This document shows, piece after piece, positions 11,300 through 24,170 of a stretch of DNA of 64,000 bases (the first letter of the stretch is position 1; each line of letters starts with the position of its first letter). This stretch comes from Octopus sinensis (Eukaryota). Below the pieces are notes generated by a model. It was given only the letters and a program-made list of their open reading frames with translations. It did no database searches and was not told the origin of the DNA. Location of the stretch: positions 89,652,001 through 89,716,000 of the forward strand of contig NC_042997.1 of NCBI RefSeq assembly GCF_006345805.1, read 5' to 3'. A program made the translations under genes and the position numbers.

Positions 11300-11452
11300 A
11301 TACATTTACATGAGTGTATGTGCATATGTATGTATATATGTGTATGTATGTACATAAGTGTATGTGTGCTTGTTCATATATGTATATATATGTACATGTA
11401 TATATATATATATTTGTGTATATGTACACATACGTCTGTGTGTGTGTGTGTG

Positions 11453-11498
<46 letters not shown>

Positions 11499-11677
11499 TC
11501 TGTATATACAAATATATACATATATATATACATATATCTGTATATACAAATATATACATATATATATACATATATCTGTATATACAAATATATACATATA
11601 TATATACATATATCTGTATATACAAATATATACATATATATATACATATATCTATATGTATATATATATATATATAT

Positions 11678-11729
<52 letters not shown>

Positions 11730-11744
11730 TATATACATATATCT
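11300..11744. repeat. (TA)n/(TG)n microsatellite mosaic with ~30-bp higher-order unit
   Basis: CATATATCTGTATATACAAATATATA repeated about 4 times. Confidence 0.9.
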
Positions 11745-12182
11745 ATAGGGCTATACAACGGTGGTGTTCCCCCTACTGTCACGTTCTTGTTAGATTGACA
11801 GTATACAACCATTCTATCGCCCCACCACCGTACATGTCTCTACGAGAGATTTAGAAATTCAATATTTCTTATTTTGATAATCAGTGAATAAACTTCACTG
11901 AGTATACATATATGCAATTATGAAGTCGAGGCAAATATCACCAGCCGACCGGTGTCTGCTACTCTAGGCCGATGAAGGACAATGATCCTGAAACACGGTG
12001 TCCCTAGATGCAGTTCCGGTGGCCGGGAGTGTTTGTCTCCCCTTCGTATATGTATATAAGGACACAGGGAAAAAATGTGTCGAAGCTATCAGGAGGCGTC
12101 CGATGCCTCATAGGGCTATACAACGGTGGTGTACCCCCTACAGTCACGTTCTTGTTAGATTGACAGTATACAACCATTCTAT
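11745..12182 (+). mobile_element. Retrozyme-like / Penelope pLTR-like non-coding unit: 365-bp period, 73-bp terminal direct repeats, one HHR
   Basis: 11745-11817 = 12110-12182 with 2 substitutions; HHR at 11963-12008; flanked on both sides by TA microsatellite; no credible ORF. Confidence 0.7.
11963..12008 (+). ncRNA. Type I hammerhead ribozyme motif (CCGAUGA core variant)
   Basis: UCUAGG CCGAUGA AGGA-CAAUGA-UCCU GAAA CA-CGG-UG UC CCUAGA: 6-bp stem I, 4-bp stem II, 3-bp stem III; GUC cleavage after 12002. Confidence 0.75.
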
Positions 12183-12423
12183 ACATGTATCTATATGTAT
12201 ATATATACATATATCTATATGTATATTTATTTACATATATATATGCATATATGTACAAATATATGTATATATGTACATATACATATATATATGTAAATAT
12301 ACATATGTATAGGGAGAGTTTACGAAAAAAACAAAAGACGAAGACAGGTGGTGTACAAAACAGGTGTATTAGTATATACATATGTATATATGTACGTAGA
12401 CATATGTATATATACGTATATAT

Positions 12424-12868
12424 ATTTCTTTATTGCCCACAAGGGCTAAACATAGAGGGGACAAACAAGGACAGACAAAGGGATTAAGTCGATTACTTTG
12501 ACTCCAGTGCATAACTGGTACTTTATTTATTGACTCCAGTGTATAACCGGTACTTTATTTATTGGCCCCGAAAGGATGAACGGCAAAGTCGGCCTTGGTA
12601 GAATTTGAACTCGGAATGCAATGGCAGACGAAATACCCATTTCTTTACTACCCACAAGGGGCTAAGCACAGAAGGGACAAACAAGGACAGACAAACAGAT
12701 TAAGTCGATTAGATCAACCCCAGTGTGTAACTGGTACTTAATTTATCGACCCCGAAAGGATGAAAGGCAAAGTCGACCTCGGCGGAATTTGAACTCAGAA
12801 CATAGCGGCAGACGAAATACCGCTAAGCATTTTGCCCGACACGCTAATGTTTCTGCCAGCTCGCCGCC
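12424..12868 (-). mobile_element. SINE family A with tandem partial copies
   Basis: Full head at 12780-12868; long tail twice; core repeated. Confidence 0.85.
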
Positions 12869-13094
12869 TTAATGTACATATACATATATGTATATGTACA
12901 TATGCATATATGTATATATATGTACATACATATATGTGTGTGTGTGTGTATGTGTATATATATCTGTATATATATGCACCTATATATGTATGTATATACA
13001 CGGTGTATAAGATATTTGAGGACAGGTTTATGTTTATAGAAAAAACAGATATAAAATAACAGATAACTTTATGTATCAAAAAATGCTATAAAAA

Positions 13095-13972
13095 TATACC
13101 CAGAGAAGGTTGTGTTTGTATGTGGAAGATGCACAGGAGCCATAAAAACTACAGATACTTGGGAAATTGATTTTCTCAAATGCCCCTGATGATCTTTAGA
13201 GGTAGTAGATAATTCCTGCTACCTAAGGGACAAAATTAGCTGTGGAGGAGGATACACAGAAAGTGTAATTGCTAGAATAAGAGTAGGATGGAAAAATGTA
13301 GAGGGTTTTTACTTCAGTTGACAACTAAATCTTTCTCTCTCTGAGTGAAAGGAAGATTGTATGTTGCATGTACATGAACAGCAATGCTACATGGTAGTGA
13401 GACATTGATCCTGAATGCAGAAGACATGCAAAGGCTAGAGAAGAATGAAGGTAGGATGCTTCACTGGATGTGCAGTGTCGGTGTACATGTGCAACAGAGC
13501 ACTAGTGTTTTGAAAGAAATGTTGGGCATAAGAGGAATTAGATGCAGTGTGCAACAGAAGACTGCACTGGTTTGGTCATGTAATATGTATGGATGTTGAC
13601 AGTTTTAGAATACAGAAGTACTGAATAAATACTTAAAGTGGATAGTATTTGTGGAAGGGGAGATACAGGAAGACATAGGACATAATATTGAAGGCCAATC
13701 TTAAGATACTGAGCTGGAACATTGTTGTACGCAAGAAGACCCATCTGTCACAGCAGAATTGATGCCAGTGCTAGTGCCACATAAAAAGCACTCATGCTGG
13801 TGTCATGCCAAATGCACTGGTGCTGGTGCCACTTAAAAAGCACCCAGTACACTCTGTAGAGTGGTTGCATTAGTAAGAACATACAATGGAGCTTAGTGTA
13901 GTTACAGGCCTTTTCAGCACTAGTCAAACTGTCCAACTCATGCCAGCATGGAAAACAGACATTAAATATTGA

Positions 13973-13976
<4 letters not shown>
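13095..13976 (+). mobile_element. RTE-clade LINE 3' fragment, decayed
   Basis: FVCGRCTGAIK..., EVVDN.CYL, ARIRVGWK, MLHGSETL.LNAEDMQRLEKNE; ends with shared tail and GATGAT. Confidence 0.85.
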
Positions 13977-14016
<40 letters not shown>

Positions 14017-14035
14017 TATATATAGATGCATAATG

Positions 14036-17000
14036 CTGCTGTCTCCCATCCCAGGGTCTCTCCGGTCCACATCTTCCACACCCTCAGAGTTGACACACTT
14101 AATGTTGGCACATTGAGAGGTAGGTCTGGTGAGATTGTTGAGATGCTTGAATGGAGATGTATAGATTTGTACTACATCCAAGAAGTAAGGTAGACAGGAA
14201 GCTCTGCTAGGTTCCTCACAGGCAAAGAACATAGGTATAAGATTTTCTGGGTAGGGAACACTGATGGGGTTGGGGGCATGGGTATATTCCTTGCAGAGAA
14301 ATGGGTTGATAACGTAATCGAGGTAGTCAGAGTCTGTGATAGAATACTTAAGCTTAGAACAGAAAGACCGATTTTATGATACCCTCTTGCAGACTACCTC
14401 ATCAACGAAATACAGGGATCTTCTCTTTGTGGCTGGTGACTTCAACAGGCTTGTTGGACAACATCCAGAGTGTACATGGTGGCTACAGATTTGCTCCCTG
14501 CAATGAAGAGGGAACCAAGTTGCTGGAGTTCTGTGATGCAAATAATCTTATGATTTGTAATACTAACTTCAGGAAACCTACCAGTCACCTGTTCACCTAC
14601 CAGTTTCGTGAGCACACTATTCATATCGAATACATTCTTGCCAGGAAACAGGAAAGGTGGTTACTTATAAATGTTAAAACTTTCCCAGGTGAAGAATACA
14701 CCCCACAACATAGGTTAGTAGTTAGCGACTTCAGGATCAGAGCTAAATGACTGCCCAGAAGGCGACCAGCATGGAAGAGTCTGGAAGCTTAAGGATCTTC
14801 TGAATGGACAGAGATTTAGAGACATATCACTTGAAGCTTTTGATGAAAAAGAGGAGGATATAACATTACATAATGTGGATGATAACTGGAGTTTCCTACA
14901 GGACAACCTCTTGAGGATTACTGACCAGATCTGTGGCTGGTGCAAAGTCCCCTCTTGACCTAAGGTAATATGGTGGTGGAACAATGTAGTTGACAGAGTC
15001 ATTAGGGAAAAGAAATAGGCATGGAAGGACTAGAAGTGTGGTGGTAGCAGGGAATGGTATCAGATTGCCAAAAGGGAAGCTAAGAGATAGGTTTACTTAG
15101 TCAGAGGGGAAGCAGATAAGAAAAAATTGTAATTGTTCTGCATTGTGAGGACCAGTGACTTGAAGTATTTCATATTGCAAGACAGTGTATGAGAGAGTAT
15201 CATGATGTCATAGGAGAGAAATGTGTCCACATGGATGATGACTCACTTGCACTTAATGATGTTGCGAAGAGAGAGACTTGGAGACGTCACTATGAAATGT
15301 TGCTAAATGAAGAGAATGAATGGGAGAAAAAGAGTCTACCAAATGTTGACCCAACAGAGGGACCAGCTATTTGAATTGACAGTACCTTAGTAGATAAAGC
15401 AATTAAGGGTATGAAGACAGGGAAAGCCCCTGGCCCATCAGGAATCACTGCAGAAATGCTTAAAATATATGGCTGTGTAGGCTATAGTCTACTTACTCAT
15501 ATAGTCAACCAGGTAATTCATGAAGGAGTCATACTCAAGACTGGTGTAGCAGCATCATAATCAACTGCTACAAAGGTAAAGGTGATGCATTAGATAGGAA
15601 TAATTACAGAGGTATCAAATTGTTGGACCAGGTGATGAAAGTCATGGAGAGGGTCATAGCCCAACTAATTAGGGAGAGAGTTAGTTTAGACAAGATGCAG
15701 TTTGGGTTCTTGCCAGGGAGAAGCACTACTGATGCTATATTTCTGGTAAGAGAGCTGCAGGAGAAATTTCTAGCCAAAGATAAATCTCTGTATTTGGCTT
15801 TCGTTGACATGGAGAAAGCATTTGAGAGGAACCCCCAATCCCTTATCTGGTGGTTAATGTGGAAACTAGGGATAGATGAGTGGTTGGTGAGAGCTGTACA
15901 AGCCATGTACAGAGATGCTGTCAGTAAGGGGAGGTTTGTCAATGAGTATAGTGAAGAATTTTGGGTAGAAGTAGGGATTCACCAAGGATCAGTCCTCAGG
16001 CCGCTCTTATTCATCATAGTTCTCCAGGCAATAATAAAGGAATTTAAGACAGATTGCCCCTAGGAGCTCCTCTATGCTGATGACCTTGCTCTAATAGCTG
16101 AGTACAAGAGAAGTTTCAGGTGTGGAAGCAAGGTTTAAAATCAAAGGGCCTTAGAGTTATTCTATCAAAACCAAAGTCTTAGTAAGTAGGAAGGCAGACA
16201 AATAAAAAATCTCTTCAGGTAGATGGCCCTGCTTGATCTGCAGAAAAGGTGTAGGTAGAAACTCTATAAGATATACCTGGTGTAAGCTATGGACACATAA
16301 GAGGTGCAGCAATATCAAAGGAAGGTTAACTGGGAAGATAGGTTTTTTTTGTGTGTGTGTGACTGATGTACAAGGACAATAAACACCATAGACATACTGA
16401 AAACAGATTCCATCACATGCCAAGGGGAAAAAGTAGAAGTAGTTGATAGCTTCAGTTACCTAGGTGACCAAGTCAGAAGCGAGGGTGGATGCTCTGAGAG
16501 CATAGCTGCTAGAATAAGAATAGCCTGGAAAAAGTTCAGAGAGCTCCTACATCTGCTGGTAACAAAGGGCTTCTTGCTCAGAATGAAAGGTAGACTGTAT
16601 GGTGCATGTGTGCAAACAACTATGCTACACAATAGTGAAACATATACTGTGATTGCTGAAAACATGCATAGGCTTGAAAGAAATGAAGTGAGTATGCTCC
16701 GCTGGATGTGTAATGCCAGTGGGCATACACGATAGTGTAAGCTCCCTGAGAGAAAAGTTGGACATAAGAAGCATCAGATGTAGCGTGCGAGAGGGAAGAC
16801 TGCACTGGTATGGTAATATGTTGCATATGGATGAGGACAGCTGTGTGAAGAAGTGTCACACCCAAACACTGGAGGGAACCTGTGGAAGAGGTAGATCCAA
16901 GAAGACTTGGATGATGTGAAGCATGACCTTCAAATGTTGGGCCTCACAGAAGCAATGGCAAGTGACCAAGACCTTTGTAGATATGCTATGCTTGAGAAGA

Positions 17001-17320
17001 CCCAGCAAGCCAAGTGAAATCATATCTGGTCAATGCCAGTGTAGCATAACTGGCCCATTTAAAAGTACCCTTCAATTGTTAGGTAATATGTTGTGCTTGA
17101 GAAGACCTGTTGAGTCAAGTGAAATCATTGTCGTGGCCAATGCCAGTGCCGCCTGACTGGTCCCCATGGTGGTGGCTCGTTAAAAGCACCCACTACACAC
17201 TTGGAGTGGTTGACATTAGGAAAGGCATTCAGCTGTAGAAACCTTGCCAGAACAGATTGGAGCCTGGTCAAACTGTCCAATCCATGCCAGAATGGTAAGT
17301 GGATGTTAAACAATGATGAT
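14036..17320 (+). mobile_element. Near full-length RTE-clade LINE (APE + RT + C-terminal Cys motif), many stops and frameshifts
   Basis: TLNVGTLRGRSGEIVEMLE..IQEVR (APE), GDFN; RT QFGFLPGRSTTDAIF, AFVDMEKAF, GIHQGSVLRPLLF, LLYADDL; 3' UTR ending GATGAT. Confidence 0.95.
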
Positions 17321-17323
17321 ATA

Positions 17324-17363
<40 letters not shown>

Positions 17364-18606
17364 CAGGGGTTGAACAAAATAATGGAAACACCTTAAAATT
17401 GCAAACAAATTTATTTTAACATAGGGTAGGACCACCTTTGGCAGTAATTACAGCTTGAATTCTACAAGGTACGGACTCATACAAAGTTTGAATTGTTTCC
17501 AAAGGAATTTTTGTCCATTCTTCAGCTAAAACAGTCTCCAGTTGTTGTAGTGATGAGGGTGGAGGATATCGACTACTTAGTTGTTTTTCTAAAATGCACC
17601 ATAAATATTCAATAATATTGTGATGTTGGGACTGTAGTGGCTAGATAAGATATTAACTTCACTAGAATCTTCCTCATGCCATTCAGTAACAACTTTAGCT
17701 GTGTGTATTGGTGCATTATCATCCTGAAACAGTTCCGCTACCATAGGATGGATTTGATTAGTTAAGATGCTTAAATAGTCTTGACTGTTAATTCTGCCTT
17801 GCAGGGAAGCCATTGGGCCGGCAGATTTCCAAGATATAGCCCCCCCAGATCATCACAGATCCTCCTCCATGTTTAACAGTTGGAAGAAGGCAGTCTGGGT
17901 CAAATGCTTCTTTTGGCTGTCTCCACATGTATATTCAGCTGGTTTCAGAAATAAGGTAAAGGATGACTCGTCCGAGAAAATAACTTTCTTCCACTGCTAT
18001 AGGGACCAATTCTCTATGTTTTTACTCCACCATAAACGTTTTGCAACATTTGTTTTTGAAAGTAGTGGTTTTCTGATTGCAACCCTCCCATGAAATCCGG
18101 CTTTGTGCAGCTCCCAGCGAACAGCTTTTGTGGAAACTGGATTTCTGAGGTGGTCATTAAGCTCAGCAGTAATATTGGGAGCTGTACTTTTGTGATCCTT
18201 TCTAACAATTCACATGAGAGTCCAATGGTCCGTATCTGAAAGTTTTGGTTTTCTTCTGGAGTTTTGTTTCGAAGAGGAGGTTTTTCCCTCTTTCTCAAAG
18301 GCTGTCATAACTTTTGAGACAGTACTTCTTGATACACTAAACATTTTGGCTGTTTTCATTACACTAGTGCCTGCCATATGAGCACCAGCAATTTGGCCTC
18401 TTTTAAAGTCTGATAGATCTTTAATTTTAATGAATTTTAATTACATTTTTCTGGTGATATCTGAAAAGAAACAGCAATTTTAGCAAAACATATTAAGCAA
18501 CACTAATAATAAAGAAAAAAAAACACAAACATATATAAGGTTTTGATGGCTTTATAGATATTTCAAAATTATGATACTAGGATGCTATTATTTTGTCCAA
18601 CCCCTT
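17364..18606 (-). mobile_element. Tc1-family DNA transposon, 1243 bp, transposase pseudogene 17416-18420
   Basis: TIRs CAGGGGTTGAACAAAATAAT / ATTATTTTGTCCAACCCCTT flanked by TA. Minus frames give DLSDFKRGQIAGA (HTH), KVIFSDESSF, KHGGGSVMIWG, FQDDNAPIH, AVITAKGGPT*. Confidence 0.95.
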
Positions 18607-18612
18607 TATATA

Positions 18613-18644
<32 letters not shown>

Positions 18645-18649
18645 AATAA

Positions 18650-18965
18650 AACTCTGAATGAGGTATAAACAGTAGCTGCACGACAATGTGAAGTATATTT
18701 GCTACTTAAATGTGGCCAACCACTAAGGGTGGATGCTACTGTAGCTTGTAGCCCCAGGAGAACATCTCCTCCAGCTGGCTATTGACACACTTTCTGTGCC
18801 TTATCAGTATTTACAAAGGGAAGCCATCCTTCCCATTGTCAACCTGACGTGATACACATGGACCCGAGTTTCTGGGTATTTACCCGTTGTCAGCGCACAA
18901 CAATCACCAGTCTTCGATGCAAAAGGGTCCCAATGCAAATACATATATCCTGTTTCCAGTGACTT
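18650..18965. repeat. Unclassified interspersed-repeat-like segment starting after a TAA run
   Basis: Sharp compositional change after TAATAATAA; no ORF; truncated by an RTE tail. Confidence 0.3.
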
Positions 18966-18984
18966 CAACATCATTTATGGTCCG

Positions 18985-20400
18985 TGTTTCATGAGTCAGA
19001 TGGTTTGACAGGATATGATGTATCCAAGGACTGCATCATACTCCAAAGTCAGCTTTGGCATGATTTCTATGGGTGGATGCTCTTCCAAAAACTGAACACT
19101 TTACACCATGTATTGGGCACCGTTTTTGTGCCACCTGCACTATTGAAGTTGCCTTGCAACTCATGAGTCTTTTGGGGTAGGTTGAGGTGAGTTAGATTCA
19201 TGCTAGGGATGAGGGAATTACTATAAGAAATGGGATGCAGAGCAGCTTTTGGAGAGGGTACTATTTAGCTGCCTACATCTATTCCTGGAGAGGGAGAAAG
19301 TAAAAATGATCAGTAGGGGTTGCAAGAGATAGATGATGGTCAGGAGGTACAAGGTGATAGAAGTGAATGGTTTGCAAGATTGTGTGGAAAGGAAAATTAA
19401 AGGATGGGGAGGCAGACTGTCAAAACATGTAGGGTTAAAGGTGGGTAAACTAACAACTATGAATTGGGGAAAGTAGAGAAATGCAGAAGGGAGTGAGGAA
19501 GAGGTAAGCAAAAAGAGTAGTAAAGATAATACAATTGTCAGTGGGAGGACAAGATAGAGATGACATAGTTAGGGTATCTGTAGGAGCTGGGAAGAGGCAG
19601 GCACAATGTATGGGAGGGGATGAATTACTGTAATGTGTGTGGAGAACACATAACACTTCCAGAACTCAGTTTTGCTATGGAAGACCCACCTTTTTGATAA
19701 CCTTAACCTTATATCGCCAGAAATCTTGATCCTTTGTCATCTCTTCTGTCAGACTCTACAGTCCTGAGGTCAGTCTTTGCCACTTCAACTCATGTCTTGG
19801 GTTTCCCTCTTCTGCAAGTTCCAGCTACATTAAGTAATTGGTACTTCTTGATACAGCATTCTTCATCCATATACATCACATGCTGATACCAGTACAGTCT
19901 TCTTTTTTGCACAGAGTATCCAATGGAGCATGTTGCTTTATTTGTTTCCAGTCTTCTGAAATCCTCTGCATTCAGTGTCCAAGTCTCACTACCATGCAAC
20001 ATTGCTGTTTTAACACAAGCACCACGTGGTCTGCCCTTTAACTAAAGATCTTTGTTCTCAACAGTGGTAGTAATTCCCTAAGGTTTCTTCAATCAGTTCT
20101 TACTGTAGCTGCTGTACTTCAAAGCAGCCACCTCCCTTGCTAATTAACAAAAGCTATCAACTACTATTAATGATCCATCTGGGCATTTAAGAGACTCAGT
20201 TTCTGGTGTGCTTGTATGTACTGCTCCAGTGGATCTATTGCATAGGAAGCTTGCATTTTCGGATAATCTGCCAGTGATTCCACCATATCTCTAGTGTGTC
20301 CATAACTTACTTGAAGTACAGCATATGGAGTTTACTTTTCTACATATTCTTCAATGACCTGTGTCACTTGATAAAAAAGTTATAACCACTTTTGCATTAC
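18985..20400 (-). mobile_element. Decayed RTE 3' region and tail, split by GA-rich low complexity (19190-19650)
   Basis: Minus ORF MLHGSETWTLNAEDFRRLE...LYWYQHVMYMDEECCIKK...GTCRRGKPK; tail homology at 18985-19150. Confidence 0.75.
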
Positions 20401-20469
20401 TTGTGGTACAACCCTTATTTTTGATGTGTTTGTGAGTGTGTGTGTATATCTTTGTGATTATTGTGGTAA

Positions 20470-20750
20470 TTGATTTGTCTGTTGTCCCAGAATGATCTTT
20501 GCCAAATTCAATGCACTAGTTACAAGAGCATTCACTTTCTGTTCAGCTGTTCCTGCTAGTCTGCAGCCTAATATTTTGTCATGGTCTTGGTCCAGTTGTT
20601 GTCATTCCTTCATTTCATTCATCTTGGAACATTTGATTCAATCTCTTGCTGGTTGAGATTGGCCCTCAGGAGTGGTATTGGTTCAGTTGCTCCTCCTGAG
20701 GTGACACAGCTGGTGAGAGACTTCCTGTCCTGTGGGGTGCTTCTAGGTGT
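20470..20750 (-). mobile_element. HERO-like RLE LINE N-terminal fragment
   Basis: Across frameshifts EAPHRTGSL ... IK..KMNEMKE*QQLDQDHDKILGCRLAGTAEQKVNAL resembles the HERO N-terminal block (IKWP...EW.QLD.D.D.IL), recalled rather than searched. Confidence 0.5.
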
Positions 20751-20777
20751 TATTAGCTTATATATATATATATTTAC

Positions 20778-20915
20778 AACATGCTCCTTTCAGTTTACAC
20801 CTACAAAATTGGCTCTTAGAACTATAGTAGAAGACACTAGCCCGAGGTGCCATGATTGGAGTTGATTCCAAAATCACGATTCAAGGTAGGCTTCTTAAGT
20901 ACACAGTGATGCCTG
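20778..20915 (-). mobile_element. SINE family B 5' half, decayed
   Basis: ACTATAGTAGAAGACACT.GCCC.AGGTGCCA..GGA.TTGA.TCC. Confidence 0.7.
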
Positions 20916-22346
20916 TATGTATGTGAAGGTGTATATATATATATATATACACTCACACACACACACATTGTATATGTTAAGGAAATTAAAATGAGTTATA
21001 AAGAAATTTCCTAAAAAACAGTTGCATATATTTGAAGAAAAACAAAACGTGTATATTAAATACCATACAAGCTAAATTCTTAATTTATTGAAATTATTTC
21101 TACTTCCAGCAATGTAGAACAATTATTTAGAAGCGAATAGGATCAACTCCAAATAAGAAGAGGAGATAATCTCAAGAGTGAGAAATTTTTCAAAATTGAC
21201 ATGTTATGATAGGGAAAAGAGGTCAAGTGTGGACATACTTTTCTGCCTCAATAGGCATCTTCAGTACAGCAGTTATCTTACCTTTTGGGCCAGTGTCTTC
21301 TAAAAAGTCGAGTCAACCAAAACTTTATGGGTAGGTTTTGTTGATGAAGACTGAAAAGAAGCATATTGTACATATGTGTCCCTATGTACATGTGTGTGCC
21401 TTCATATCTGTTTACATTCGCACTTATTTATAGGGAATTTGCTACATTTGAGCATTGTTTGTCTTGATGGTGCTTCTGTTAATAAATTGCCCACATGCTT
21501 CATGCCTTGAAAGCTGTGTGGAATTAGAGGTTCCTTATTTTAATGCATGTAAAGTTAGAAAGGGCATCATATTTGTATAACCCATGCCATGATGGAAAAA
21601 AATGGCAGCAGGAAAGAACTGTGAGAGCAAAAAATTGTTATTCCTATAGAAAGGAAATGAGAAGATGAAAGGGGGAAAAATTGAGGTGGCAGGAAGTGCT
21701 GTATAATTATAATTAGTTGAAGAGTTACCAGGTTCGTTGCACTTTGCTCTTTGCACCTCTAACTTAAGCCATAAAGACTACATTTTCTCTCACTCTGTCT
21801 CTTTCTCCTGCTTTGTCTCTCTTTCCCTTCATACACAAATGCACATGCATTCTGGTGTGTTGACATAGAATATATACAATATATATTGTTACAGACATTG
21901 CCAGTTTGTTATTCAAAAGTTGGTGGTTTTCTTGGTTGTATTGGTTTTGATTTTGGTGAGTGATGGCATGGTCATATTGCTCTTTTTAATTGTATTGCTG
22001 TAGTTTTAGTATCAAGTCAATCCTCATTGACCTACAATCAAATACACTAGGGTACTCATTATCTCATGTCATTGTGTTTATTATAGAGGGAGTTGCTGAT
22101 ATTGTTCATACTAACATTGCTGGAGTTGTTGGTCATTAAGGAGTTAGTGGATTGGTAATGATGGCAGTTGTGTTGGAGTTGATGACAGAGGTTGTAGTGA
22201 AGATTGATTTTTACACAAATGCTCGCATAGAGATAAATAGATATTGCTAATGATTCTGTCAGATTGGCACCTTCATACACAAATATTCACAGTGAATAGT
22301 TCCACCCACCACACTTTATAAGTATTTATAATGATATATATATATA

Positions 22347-22660
22347 TCATCATTTAGCATCCATTTTTCATGCTGGCATAGGTTAGGCAGTTAGACTGGA
22401 ACTGGTAAGCTGTGCCAGATTTCAGTCTGTTTTGGCATGGTTTCTATGGTTTGATGTCCTTCCTAATGCCAACCACTCCATAGAGTGTAATGGGTGCCTT
22501 TTAAGTGTAACTGGCATAGATACCTTTTATGTGTCACTGGCACAGGTGTTTTTTGTATTTCACCAGCACTGGTGCTTTTTATTTGTGTCAAGCACAGGTG
22601 CCTTTTAATGCATCACTGGCATTGGCCAGGACTATGATTTCGCTTAGCTTGATGTTGGAA
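22347..22660 (-). mobile_element. RTE-type 3' tail with TGGCAC..TAAAA subrepeats
   Basis: Reverse complement of the shared tail; ATCATC end abuts (AT)n. Confidence 0.8.
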
Positions 22661-22769
22661 TTCCTTTTTAAGGTCGTCTGACATTCGATTTTCAGACAAC
22701 ATCCAGTTTGTTTTGGGCTGACCATGCCTTGGCTGTTTGAGTTTTTATGTCCTTTTCAGTTCAGGCTAT

Positions 22770-22912
22770 CTCAGAACTGAACACAATGTATGTAGATCAA
22801 CTCACCATAGACACTGGATGCCTCCCTGAAGACCTCCCTCAATTAATGCAGGACTGAGATGGATGATATGCACAGGTTAAAAATGTCTGAGCAAGCTCAA
22901 CCAGATGATGAT
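22770..22912 (+). mobile_element. Second RTE-clade family, extreme 3' end
   Basis: YVDQLTIDTGCLPEDLPQLMQD*DG, then GATGATGAT tail into (AT)n. Confidence 0.6.
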
Positions 22913-24095
22913 ATATATATTCATAGTCATCTCCATTTAGCTAAGAAATTCACTTCTCAATAGTGTAGAAGAGGGCTCAATCCCACCACACAGTACCTTG
23001 GGTGTCTTCTATAGCTCCAGTCTGACCATTGCCTCTTAAGGGAATTTGTTGTTGGAAACTGAAATTAGTCTTTTGTATACACACACAATACCAAAACGAA
23101 AAAAAAAGAACATGAAGATTGGGTAAAAAAAACAGTGTATTAGGTTCATGTTCAGGAAAAGTAGAAGTGTTTTATGTTTCGAACACATGCTCTTTTACAG
23201 AAAGTATAGATGAGGAGAGGAAAATGGAGAGAGAAGAAAAGAAATGTGTCTCAATTAGACTGTCACCACATGCTGAAATGACTGGAAGAGGAAGAGTTTG
23301 CTAGGGGCATGAGTAGCAAGAAGGAACAATTGTGAAAGTTGACTTGAAGCATGGGTGGCAAGGGGAACAACTGTGAACCTGGTTTGTATGTGTGAGAGCA
23401 AGCATTCATGTGTGTGTGTATGAAGATAATGTGTATGCATATACTCTGTGTGCTTATGCATGTGTAAATGTGTGTATGCATGCATGTGTGTGTTTATATC
23501 TACCTTGCTGTCTATTTATATAATATATGTGTGTGTGTGTCAATGTTTGCAGTCTCTGCTGAGCTTTGGTTACAAATGGTAACATCATTATTTCTAGTTT
23601 GGCTGCTACTGGTGACATATGTTAACTTTATTGTCAACAAAATGTCTCCTAGCTTTGTGCTTTCTAATTTCTCTGGAATAAAAAAAATCCATTACTTGAA
23701 AAGTAGATAAGAAATGGTGAGATGAAGAGCATCTGGCTGTAAAAATCCTACATCAAATATCCCCTATCTAAACAATGCTAGCTTGGAAAAACAGATGTTA
23801 TGGTTTACATCTGAAAAGACTAAGAGTCAAAAATAGGCTTGATACATTGAAGAGTAAGAATGAATAAAATTTTATATAAAGACCTTACATTTGTACTGTT
23901 GTTTCCATACCAAGGCAGTTTCTCTCCTTTGAGAAAATACTTGGCATTGAAACATTTGTATGGCAATAAAGTGTTGATTGATGCAAAATTTTATATATGT
24001 ATATATAATATGAAGATAACCAACTTTCTCAGCTAATATTGGGATCCAGCAAAATGTGTCTGAAATTAAACTGAAAAGGTTTACTTTCTTGTTAG

Positions 24096-24170
24096 AACTT
24101 CTCCAGCACACGCACAGAATTTGCTTCCAGCGCAGCTGAATGGTTAACACAGGAACAATTGTATGACAGG
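24096..24170 (+). CDS. Candidate 75-nt phase-0 coding micro-exon (NFSSTRTEFASSAAEWLTQEQLYDR), product unknown
   Basis: Acceptor TTTACTTTCTTGTTAG, open 25 codons, weak donor AGG/GTTTAG; retains CpGs inside a CpG-poor block. Confidence 0.25.

Larger units (their letters stand above)
10370..11300 (+). mobile_element. Bipartite SINE family B: tRNA-like 5' half (10370-10521) and 3' half (11105-11300) separated by expanded microsatellite and nested inserts
   Basis: The same two halves are nearly adjacent in the minus copy at 31330-31710. Confidence 0.75.

Noticed and set aside
21900-22280. Thr/Asn/Ser-rich minus-strand reading resembling a mucin-like exon
   Set aside because: Stops in all frames, no clear splice sites; explained by GTT/GAT-biased low complexity.
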